Source of the DNA: an uncultured Woeseiaceae bacterium
GTDB taxonomy: Bacteria; Pseudomonadota; Gammaproteobacteria; Steroidobacterales; Woeseiaceae
Length of the DNA stretch: 64,000 bases
NCBI GenBank assembly: GCA_905480215.1
Contig: CAJQPL010000002.1
Location: 31,308 to 95,307, forward strand
Direction: 5' to 3'
Shown: positions 37,025-45,049 of the stretch, piece after piece
How positions within the stretch are numbered: the stretch's first letter is position 1
How the letters are laid out: the number at the start of each line of letters is the position of its first letter
Notes under the pieces: generated by a model
Database searches by the model: none
Told to the model about the DNA's origin: nothing
What the model saw: only the letters and a program-made list of their open reading frames with translations
Made by a program: the position numbers and the translations under genes

Positions 37025-38001
37025 AAGACTTCATTCGAATTCGTGGCATCAGCAAAACTTTCGGTGATTTTATTGCCGTTAATAAAGTAGATCTGGATAT
37101 TGGCAAAGGTGAGTTGTTTTCCATTCTTGGCGGCTCAGGCTGCGGTAAAACTACATTACTTAGAATGCTCGCGGGTTTCGAGGTGCCGACCGCTGGCAGC
37201 ATCGAAATCGACGGGATAGACGTCACACATATGGCGCCTTATGACCGGCCCGTCAACATGATGTTCCAGTCCTACGCGATATTTCCGCATATGAACGTCG
37301 CCAAAAACATTGGCTATGGATTGCGCAAGGAAGGCGTCGCAAAGGCCGAAATTGCCAGGCGCGTTGACGCGATGCTCGAGCTCGTTCAACTGGTGGATTT
37401 TAAAACGCGCAAACCGGACCAATTGTCCGGTGGTCAACGGCAACGAGTCGCGCTAGCCCGTGCTTTGATAAAGCGACCTAAGGTCTTGTTACTCGACGAA
37501 CCCTTAGCGGCACTCGACAAAAAACTTCGTGAGCACACGCAGTTCGAGTTAATGAACATTCAGGATGAATTGGGCATCACCTTCGTCGTCGTTACTCATG
37601 ATCAGGAAGAGGCCATGACTCTCTCCAGTCGCATTGTCGTCATGGACAAAGGAGAGTTCCAGCAGGTAGGCACGCCAAAAGAGATTTACGAGTTTCCGGC
37701 GAATCGATTTGTTGCCGACTTTATCGGCACGATTAATACCTTTGAAGGCATAGTTACCGCTGCTGACGACGAGACGACAAGCGTGTACTCGGATGAGGCT
37801 GGTGAAACACTCATAGCGCGCGGCAAACAGCTGTTCGAGGTCGGGCAACAGGTCGAGATTGCCGTCCGACCGGAGAAAATATTCATCGATAAAGAAAGAT
37901 CGACTCGGGAAGGCGATATTTGTCTCGAGGGCGTCGTCGATGACCTTGATATCTTGGCAATCGCTCGCTGTATCGGATTCGCCTTGCCTCAGGAAAAATA
38001 G
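37021..38001 (+). CDS. potG: Polyamine-type ABC transporter ATP-binding protein (PotG/PotA-like). The 3' end is disrupted by a frameshift; the conserved C-terminal domain continues in another frame to 38111.
   Basis: Walker A 'GGSGCGKTT', 'LSGGQRQRVALARAL', 'LLLDEPLAALD'. After about nt 37948 the in-frame tail is unrelated to the family, while the frame starting at 37950 reads 'YLGNRSLYRIRLASGK...WLSWRPRSSVVLMD*'. Confidence 0.8.
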   Translation: MKDFIRIRGISKTFGDFIAVNKVDLDIGKGELFSILGGSGCGKTTLLRMLAGFEVPTAGSIEIDGIDVTHMAPYDRPVNMMFQSYAIFPHMNVAKNIGYGLRKEGVAKAEIARRVDAMLELVQLVDFKTRKPDQLSGGQRQRVALARALIKRPKVLLLDEPLAALDKKLREHTQFELMNIQDELGITFVVVTHDQEEAMTLSSRIVVMDKGEFQQVGTPKEIYEFPANRFVADFIGTINTFEGIVTAADDETTSVYSDEAGETLIARGKQLFEVGQQVEIAVRPEKIFIDKERSTREGDICLEGVVDDLDILAIARCIGFALPQEK

Positions 38002-38110
38002 TGCAGGTCAGCTCGCAGAACCGGCGCAGATCAATCAAGCGCTTTCTCGATTGGGACGATAAAGTTTGGCTATCGTGGCGTCCGCGAAGCTCAGTCGTGC
38101 TAATGGACTA

Positions 38111-39010
38111 GTGCAGAAAATCGCTATAAATCGCAACAAGGAAACCTGGCGCCGCATCGCTGTTGCCGCGCCCTACTTATGGTTGTTTGTATTCTTTCTG
38201 GCGCCTTTTGCGATCATCTTCAAGATCAGTCTTGCAGACCCGATCATTGCACAGCCGCCGTTTACGCCGTCTTTTGATGAAGCAGGTCGACTCACCACAA
38301 CTTTCAGCAATTACAGCTTTTTACTAACGGACAAGCTCTACGCGATTACTTATTTGCGGTCTGTTTTGATGGCTCTCGCGACGACGCTCCTTTGTTTGCT
38401 GCTCGGCTTCCCGATGGCGTATGGCATTGCACGTTCAAATTCGTCAACGCGCGCTGTCCTGCTAATGCTGATCGTTCTACCGTTTTGGATTTCGTTCTTG
38501 CTGCGCGTTTACGCATGGATGGGCTTGCTTAACAATAACGGCGTCATCAATAACCTATTGCTTTGGATCGGTGTGATCGAGCAGCCTATTCCCATGATGT
38601 ATACAGACTTCGCCACCTCGATCGGCCTTATGTACTCCTACTTGCCGTTCATGATCTTGCCGCTGTACGCGTCGCTTGAACGCATGGACATGGATCTCAT
38701 AGAAGCCGCCCAGGACCTCGGCGCATCGCGTACCAAGGCATTTTGGGATATCACCTGGCCGCTGGCTCGTCCTGGCGTTATCGCAGGCTGCTTGCTGGTG
38801 TTTATTCCCGCCATGGGCGAATACGTTATTCCCTACCTGCTCGGTGGGCCGGAGTCGCTGTTCATCGGACGCGTACTTTTTGACGAGTTTTTTATCAATC
38901 GTGACTGGCCGCTGGCGTCCGCCGTTGCAATCATTCTGTTGGTACTGCTGGTCTTTCCGATCGTGCTCTTGCAGCGTTACCAGGCGCGCAACCAGGAGGC
39001 CGGATCGTGA
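38111..39010 (+). CDS. potH: Polyamine ABC transporter permease (PotH/PotB-like)
   Basis: Highly collinear with E. coli PotH ('FKISLA', 'VLPFWISFLLRVYAWMGLLNNNGVINN', 'EAAQDLGAS', 'FINRDWPLASAVAI'). The GTG at 38111 overlaps the TAG of the shifted potG frame. The ORF-track TTG at 38066 is an alternative. Confidence 0.85.
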   Translation: MQKIAINRNKETWRRIAVAAPYLWLFVFFLAPFAIIFKISLADPIIAQPPFTPSFDEAGRLTTTFSNYSFLLTDKLYAITYLRSVLMALATTLLCLLLGFPMAYGIARSNSSTRAVLLMLIVLPFWISFLLRVYAWMGLLNNNGVINNLLLWIGVIEQPIPMMYTDFATSIGLMYSYLPFMILPLYASLERMDMDLIEAAQDLGASRTKAFWDITWPLARPGVIAGCLLVFIPAMGEYVIPYLLGGPESLFIGRVLFDEFFINRDWPLASAVAIILLVLLVFPIVLLQRYQARNQEAGS

Positions 39011-39813
39011 AGCAGCAGTCTCGATTCATTCTTTCAATACTGTCGTTCGGCTACGCGTTCCTCTACATTCCGCTCGCCTCAGTTGTTTTCTTTTCTTTTA
39101 ACGCATCAAACCTGGCAACTGTTTGGGGAGGTTTTTCAACTCGCTGGTACGGAGAGTTGTTTAGAAATGATCAGGTCCTGGAAGCCCTTTTTCTATCTGT
39201 AAGAATCGCACTCACATCAGCGACACTAGCAACAATCCTTGGAACGATGGCGGGGCTGGTACTGGCGCGCTTCGGGCGCTTCAAGGGACGCACTCTATTT
39301 TCTGGAATGATAACGTCGCCGATGGTAATGCCCGAGGTCATCACCGGTCTGTCGTTGCTACTGTTGTTTATTACTCTGCAGCAGATTACAGGCTGGCCTG
39401 GTCAGCGGGGCTTTTCGACCATCACGATTGCACACACTACCTTCTCTATGGCCTACGTTGCCGTGATTGTGCAATCGCGACTTGTCTCTATGGACGAATC
39501 GCTGGAAGAAGCCGCTATGGACCTGGGTGGCAGACCGTTACGGGTCGTCTTTGACATCACTCTGCCACTAATTGCTCCTGCCATGATCGCCGGTTGGCTG
39601 CTCGCATTTACCTTGTCACTTGACGACCTGGTTATCGCAAGCTTCGTCTCCGGCCCAGGCAGCACCACGCTGCCAATGCTGATTTTCTCAAAGGTTAAAC
39701 TTGGCGTTTCGCCCGATATCAACGCTTTGGCGTCGCTAATAATTGTCACGGTCGGTCTTGGCGTTGTACTTGCGTGGCTATTTGGCCGACGGAGATCAAG
39801 CAAAGCCCAATAA
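39007..39813 (+). CDS. potI: Polyamine ABC transporter permease (PotI/PotC-like)
   Basis: 268 aa with six helices and an EAA loop 'LEEAAMDLGGRPLRVVFDITLP'. 4-nt overlap with potH. Confidence 0.85.
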   Translation: MKQQSRFILSILSFGYAFLYIPLASVVFFSFNASNLATVWGGFSTRWYGELFRNDQVLEALFLSVRIALTSATLATILGTMAGLVLARFGRFKGRTLFSGMITSPMVMPEVITGLSLLLLFITLQQITGWPGQRGFSTITIAHTTFSMAYVAVIVQSRLVSMDESLEEAAMDLGGRPLRVVFDITLPLIAPAMIAGWLLAFTLSLDDLVIASFVSGPGSTTLPMLIFSKVKLGVSPDINALASLIIVTVGLGVVLAWLFGRRRSSKAQ

Positions 39814-39820
39814 ACTCAGA

Positions 39821-41047
39821 CTACTTAAGCTGCGCGACAATCCATTCAATAAAGTTGCTGGCCCAGTCTTCCATTTCCGATAGCGGACCGGGCTCATAGT
39901 ATTTGGAATGCACGCCCTTGGAGTTATTGACAATAATCTTCTTATCCGCTTCTGTCGTGACATCCCACAACCAGGTCAGCTCATCAAGATCGTAGTCCTG
40001 GCCCTCCTCCGCGTCACCGCGAACCATCCAGTAGACTTCACAATTCGTATGCCCCTGGTCGATTGGCGTAAACACATACGCGACAACATGATCGTTGTAA
40101 GCCAACAAATAAGAAAAAGCGCCGAACGATAAGTCAGCATGGCCACCATCGTAATCTTTGATGTCGCCCAACAACGGCGCAACGGCCTCACCATTCTTGC
40201 TGCCGGTCTTATACTTATTGAACATCGCAGTGCGCCAATAACTAAAACCGATTTCACCGGGACGCGTATTGTTTGCGGTGCAGTTGATCTCAATATCTTT
40301 GATTCCGCAGGACCCCATGCGTTCATACATGTGCCGCGAGACGCGCTCACGCTTGTCGTGATCGAGCATCATGGTGTGTAGCTTTGCGTACTCTGGGTGT
40401 GCTGTCGCACAGTGGTAGCACTCTTGATAATTCTCTATCGACAGTTTCCAGTTCGCGGGAATCGGATAACTTTTCTGCGCAACAACCTTCAGATTTTCGA
40501 AATCAAACATGCCCATTGCTTCCCGCATGTCTTTGATAGCGCCGTCGATTGACGGTGGATTGTCGCTAAAACAAACGAAAATCAGGCCATGGATCTCGCC
40601 AACAGACACGGTCTTCAAACTGTGTGCAGACATGTCAAAGCCATCACCCATACTGCGTGCAGCAACAAGCTTGCCGTCAATATCATACATCCAGCCGTGA
40701 TATGGGCAGACAAACTTATCGACCCGTCCTTCCAGCTCTGTACACACTACCGAACCACGATGCCGACAGACGTTCGCAAACGCCTTCAGCCCGCCATCCT
40801 TGCTGCGCACAACAATTGCCGATTCCCGTCCAACATTGAGCACCCGAAAATCCCCTGGCTCAATCAATTGCGAAACATGCCCGGCGAGAATCCAACTGCG
40901 ATTGATAATCCTCTCGACTTCGAGTTCGTATACACCGGGGTCGGTATAGAAACTCTGGCCAAGGGAATGACCGGGTTTGTATCCAGCAATCAATTCAGAG
41001 ATCGATCGCGGCTCGCTATTCATGACGGCACTCATGCTTAATACCAC
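39821..41047 (-). CDS. Rieske [2Fe-2S] aromatic-ring-hydroxylating-type oxygenase alpha subunit (GbcA-like N-demethylating monooxygenase family)
   Basis: Rieske motif 'CRHRGSVVC...CPYHGW'. Mononuclear iron motif 'NWKLSIENYQECYHCATAHPEY'. GTG at 41047; in-frame ATGs at 41035 and 41023 are alternatives. Confidence 0.8.
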   Translation of the reverse strand: MVLSMSAVMNSEPRSISELIAGYKPGHSLGQSFYTDPGVYELEVERIINRSWILAGHVSQLIEPGDFRVLNVGRESAIVVRSKDGGLKAFANVCRHRGSVVCTELEGRVDKFVCPYHGWMYDIDGKLVAARSMGDGFDMSAHSLKTVSVGEIHGLIFVCFSDNPPSIDGAIKDMREAMGMFDFENLKVVAQKSYPIPANWKLSIENYQECYHCATAHPEYAKLHTMMLDHDKRERVSRHMYERMGSCGIKDIEINCTANNTRPGEIGFSYWRTAMFNKYKTGSKNGEAVAPLLGDIKDYDGGHADLSFGAFSYLLAYNDHVVAYVFTPIDQGHTNCEVYWMVRGDAEEGQDYDLDELTWLWDVTTEADKKIIVNNSKGVHSKYYEPGPLSEMEDWASNFIEWIVAQLK

Positions 41048-41148
41048 AATATGAAACTGGCTTTGTTAGGACTTGATACGATATCACATACCAATATGGC
41101 GACCAGCAAACGAAATACCGGATAACAAACTTCTATGCGCGGTGAACA

Positions 41149-42294
41149 GTGATCCAGTCGTTTCAAAATATACCTGACCTGTTACGCCTGTCAGATCCTC
41201 AGCAACCCGTCTATTGTATATATCCGCACGTCTACGATGAGTCTACCAAGCATTTTCTGCACGGCTTCCCGGGGCGGGTTCTATACGCTGTAAAGGCCAA
41301 TAATCATCCTGCGGTCATTGAGACGCTATACGCTGCAGGTGTGCGACATTTCGATTGTGCATCGATCGCCGAGATCGAGTTAGTCAGCAACCTGTGTGCC
41401 GATTGCACTACATATTTTATGAATCCCATTCGCTTTACAGGCGACGCTCGAAGCGCACAGCAGCAACATCGAGTGCGCCATTTCGTTATTGATGACCGCA
41501 GTGGACTCGCACCGCTCATCGACGAAATTGATCCGAAATCATCCATAATATTTGCCCGTATGGCAGTCTCGCACGAATCCGCTCAAGCCGATTTGTCTGC
41601 GAAATTTGGCGCGCAACCGAATGAAATTCCGGCATTGCTCAGCGCCATTTCCAACAGCGGCGCAGAAGCTGCGCTGGCGTTCAACGTTGGCAGCGGAGTT
41701 GAAGATCCACTGGCCTACGAATACGCGATTGGTGTTGCTCGTGATGTGCTCAAGAAAGTCCCTTTCAAGATTCGATTGTTGGACATCGGCGGTGGTTTTC
41801 CGAAATCATATCCAGGCCTCCCGGTGCCGGAACTGGATGAGTATTTTTCGAGCACCCAGAATGCTGCCGAGGAGCTATCACTTACCGACGACGGTGAATT
41901 GTTAGCCGAACCCGGACGGGCGCTAAGCGCGCCTGGAATGTCGGCGATTACGCGCGTTTTACTGCGAAAACCGGATCGCATCTATATTAACGACGGCTTA
42001 TACGGAATTTTCTGGGAGCTGCGATTTAAGGCACATCTGCAGTACCCATTCAGGGTGTTTCGAAACGGGCAATTGCTCGAAGGCGATACCCGGACCCTGA
42101 GGATCTTCGGCCCAACCTGCGACTCGGAAGACGAACTGCCGGCAGCGCTTCAATTACCTGTGGACATTGACGTTGGTGATCACATCGAATTCGGCAACAT
42201 TGGCGCGTACAGCCTGAGTGGCAGAAGCGATTTTAATGGTTTTTACTCGGACAATATCGTCTCAATTACGGACCCGCACTCGCGCCCACCGTAG
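41149..42294 (+). CDS. Type III PLP-dependent decarboxylase (Orn/Lys/DAP decarboxylase fold)
   Basis: 'VLYAVKANNHPAV' (PLP-Lys), 'HFDCASIAE', 'LDIGGGFP', 'AEPGRAL', 'IFGPTCDSEDEL'. GTG start. Confidence 0.8.
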   Translation: MIQSFQNIPDLLRLSDPQQPVYCIYPHVYDESTKHFLHGFPGRVLYAVKANNHPAVIETLYAAGVRHFDCASIAEIELVSNLCADCTTYFMNPIRFTGDARSAQQQHRVRHFVIDDRSGLAPLIDEIDPKSSIIFARMAVSHESAQADLSAKFGAQPNEIPALLSAISNSGAEAALAFNVGSGVEDPLAYEYAIGVARDVLKKVPFKIRLLDIGGGFPKSYPGLPVPELDEYFSSTQNAAEELSLTDDGELLAEPGRALSAPGMSAITRVLLRKPDRIYINDGLYGIFWELRFKAHLQYPFRVFRNGQLLEGDTRTLRIFGPTCDSEDELPAALQLPVDIDVGDHIEFGNIGAYSLSGRSDFNGFYSDNIVSITDPHSRPP

Positions 42295-43453
42295 ACGATT
42301 GATCAAAGGCTCCGCTTACAGGCGCTGCAAGCGTATTTAAAAATTGTTCAAGTTGATCCATCTCGCGACTGGATAAGTCGAGCGGTTTAATCTCGTTGTG
42401 GCCAATCATCGCGTCGGACGCATTGTTGTAGTGTTCCAATACTGCTGCAAGCGTCGCGAGTTGCCCCTTGTGCATAAACGGCGCCGTGTCTTTAAGATTT
42501 CGCAGTGAAGGCGTCTTGAATGCGCCAATTAGCGTGGCTCCGGTTAGCGCGAATGTGAGCTCGGGGCAGTCTGGCTCAGGATCATCGCTGTAGGGACCGA
42601 GGCAATTAAATTCGTCATCCATAACATCTCGAACCCCCTGGACACGCGACTTGTCGGGCACTTCTCCGGGGAAACTAATAACGCCTGTATTGTGAAATTC
42701 GTGATTGGTTAGCAATGGGCCGTTGTGACACTGGATGCAATTCGCTTTACCAACGAATAAACGCAAGCCACGCACCTCATCCTCGCTGTAAAGCTCCTGC
42801 TGTTGGCCGATATCGCCGTCGATGACCGCCGCTACATACTCGTCAAATCGCGATGCTGTCGGCATTACCGTGCGTTCGAAAGCCGCGATCGATTTGCCAA
42901 CGTTCACAAATACCGTATTTACATCAACAGGCGGACCAAATAGGGATGTATAGATCTCACGATAGCTTTCATCCTCGGCGACGAGCGCCGCAATCTGCGC
43001 GCGGCTGGCAGCATGTTCGTCCGGGTGCTCAAGCGGCGCGAGCGCCTGTGCCCATTGACTATCACGTCGCCCATCCCAGTACTGCCAGGGGCTATACGCA
43101 GTTCCGACAATACTTGGCGTGTGCCTGGCAGTCGTACCAATGCCCTGCCCTTTTTGCAGACCGTCGGTGAATCGTCGCTCCGCCTGATGACAGGTTGAGC
43201 AAGATATACCGCCGTTAGCGCTCAAACGACGGTCGAAAAATAACAGGCTACCGAACTCAGCGGCTCTCGGGTTGTCGGCAACAGCATTACTCGGATCAGG
43301 TGGCAGGTCGGGCAGCGAGTCAAGCGTCAGCGACTGCAGCATCTTGAGCTCCACTTCCGACCATTGCGGAACAGGCGGCTGCCAAAACTGCCAAACGAGC
43401 GAGACAACTATGGCGCCGGCAAACGCAACGAGACTGACCGCAGTCTTGCTCAT
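42266..43453 (-). CDS. Di-haem cytochrome c peroxidase / MauG family enzyme
   Basis: Two CxxCH sites ('CSTCHQ', 'CIQCHNG'). 'LLFFDRRLSANGGISC' is typical of the CCP/MauG family. N-terminal signal/anchor. Confidence 0.8.
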   Translation of the reverse strand: MSKTAVSLVAFAGAIVVSLVWQFWQPPVPQWSEVELKMLQSLTLDSLPDLPPDPSNAVADNPRAAEFGSLLFFDRRLSANGGISCSTCHQAERRFTDGLQKGQGIGTTARHTPSIVGTAYSPWQYWDGRRDSQWAQALAPLEHPDEHAASRAQIAALVAEDESYREIYTSLFGPPVDVNTVFVNVGKSIAAFERTVMPTASRFDEYVAAVIDGDIGQQQELYSEDEVRGLRLFVGKANCIQCHNGPLLTNHEFHNTGVISFPGEVPDKSRVQGVRDVMDDEFNCLGPYSDDPEPDCPELTFALTGATLIGAFKTPSLRNLKDTAPFMHKGQLATLAAVLEHYNNASDAMIGHNEIKPLDLSSREMDQLEQFLNTLAAPVSGAFDQSSTVGASAGP

Positions 43454-44415
43454 AGTCGCAAGGCCAGAATTACGGTAGACGTACCTGAGTCAGTCGTGAT
43501 GCGAACGATAATTTCCCAATAGCCGCCCATATGAAAACGCATGCCGTCGAGCCGATAGTCGCCGTTACCCAGTTCTTCGGTGATGCGAGGCTGCGTCGGC
43601 AGCCCATGGTCATGCTGCGGCATACCGCCTTCGACCTCGATTTCCGCGCCCTCAACCGGGACACCAGCGGCGTCCTCGACGTGCAGGATCCAGCTGTGCA
43701 TACGATTGATTTCGGGGTCGCCTGCCGGGGTCGTATACGTCACCACGTATTCACCCGCAAAGGCATCCGGCGCAATCAGCAACAAGCTGCAAACAAGCAG
43801 CGATGGCACTGCGCGAGCGCCTCCGAACCATCGCTTGAGGCGTCCTGTCATGAAAAAATACTGCAATTGAATAGCCACGAGTAAGCCAATAATGAACGGC
43901 CAGTATCCCAGTCCAGTGAATCCCACCGCAAATGGAAATACCGCCGTGTAGAGTTTTTTTGTAGCAGGATGGCGGGCAGAAACGATACCGATGTACTCAC
44001 CTTCCTCAACAATATCAAGACTGACCGTATATACATCAGACTCAACAATCGGCGGCTGATAGTAAATGGTCACACTATCAATGTCGGCAATTTTATCAAC
44101 ATCTTCAAGACGGGCGAAGCGTCCCTTCCCGGTGACATCACGGATAATGCGAAAATCGACGTTCATCGTGGACAAGGAGTCGTGCTGATACTCCATTACA
44201 AACACACTCTGCGAAGCCAAAGGCAGATCTTCGCAAAATTGCTCAAGGCCACTGGATTGTGGTTGATAGACCTTAAAGTGCGCGCGTAAGTAGTTCACCT
44301 TAATGACGCACAGGTCATCCTCCTCAACAACGCCACCATGCGCCAGACCCTCGCTGGGGAAAAAGGCGCTGGCGAACAAAAACAGGCAAAAACTTAAGAT
44401 ACGGTGCACAATCAT
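43450..44415 (-). CDS. Hypothetical exported/membrane protein with a C-terminal YtkA/FixH-like domain
   Basis: Signal peptide 'FLFASAFFPSEGLA'. Two central TM helices. The C-terminal Ig-like domain carries 'GGMPQHDHGLP' and 'DGMRFHMGGYWEI'. 4-nt overlap with the di-haem enzyme gene. Confidence 0.55.
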   Translation of the reverse strand: MIVHRILSFCLFLFASAFFPSEGLAHGGVVEEDDLCVIKVNYLRAHFKVYQPQSSGLEQFCEDLPLASQSVFVMEYQHDSLSTMNVDFRIIRDVTGKGRFARLEDVDKIADIDSVTIYYQPPIVESDVYTVSLDIVEEGEYIGIVSARHPATKKLYTAVFPFAVGFTGLGYWPFIIGLLVAIQLQYFFMTGRLKRWFGGARAVPSLLVCSLLLIAPDAFAGEYVVTYTTPAGDPEINRMHSWILHVEDAAGVPVEGAEIEVEGGMPQHDHGLPTQPRITEELGNGDYRLDGMRFHMGGYWEIIVRITTDSGTSTVILALRL

Positions 44416-44453
44416 CTGCCTATTTTAACCCGAATGTTAACGCCCCACTACGA

Positions 44454-45044
44454 ATGACTTTCATCCTCAGCACAGCCGCCCTCTTGCTCGGCCCGATCAT
44501 CTATGCGGTCGCGGGTGAGCATCGAATATCACGACGCCTGCTCGATGGCCTCATTGTGGTGTCGATTGGTTTCATCATTGTCGCTCATATCATTCCCGCA
44601 GCGCTGCAAGAGGCTGGCAATCTCGCAATTGTCGTCATCTTGCTGGGTATCGCATTTCCCATGTTGCTCGAACGCCTGTTCAGGAAAGCCAGCGACACGG
44701 CACATCTTGTCATCGTCGCGCTCGCTGCTTTCGGTCTCTTGACGCATGCCTTGGTCGACGGTGTGGCTTTGTTACCGGAAAGCGGCACAGGCCTTGCTCA
44801 CGCCATCATTCTGCATCGTCTGCCTGTCGGCATGGCCTTGTGGTGGGCCGTACGACCGAATTTTGGTATTACGATCTCGATTATTGTTTTCTCGCTTGTC
44901 ATCCTGGCGACAGCCGCTGGCTACCTCATTGGTGAAACGATCATGGAGATCGCTGACATGCGAACGATCGCCATGTTCCAGGCATTTGTAGCCGGCTCCC
45001 TGATTCATGTTGTTATTTTTGGCGTGAGACACCATCACGACTGA
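44454..45044 (+). CDS. Short ZIP-like metal transporter family membrane protein
   Basis: 196 aa with about six helices. 'THALVDGVAL' and 'ILHRLPVGMALW' resemble the ZIP signature helices. Ends in 'RHHHD'. Confidence 0.5.
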   Translation: MTFILSTAALLLGPIIYAVAGEHRISRRLLDGLIVVSIGFIIVAHIIPAALQEAGNLAIVVILLGIAFPMLLERLFRKASDTAHLVIVALAAFGLLTHALVDGVALLPESGTGLAHAIILHRLPVGMALWWAVRPNFGITISIIVFSLVILATAAGYLIGETIMEIADMRTIAMFQAFVAGSLIHVVIFGVRHHHD

Positions 45045-45049
45045 ACTGG

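Noticed and set aside
37940-37960. Programmed -1 ribosomal frameshifting in the potG-like gene.
   Set aside because: There is no slippery X XXY YYZ heptamer or obvious downstream structure. A 1-nt indel (real or artefactual) is the simpler explanation.
43450-44415. Calling the partner of the di-haem enzyme an MbnP-family copper-binding protein (mbnPH pair).
   Set aside because: The protein lacks the four-Cys motif expected for MbnP-type partners and has two TM helices plus a YtkA-like domain. Only the gene order and coupling are analogous.
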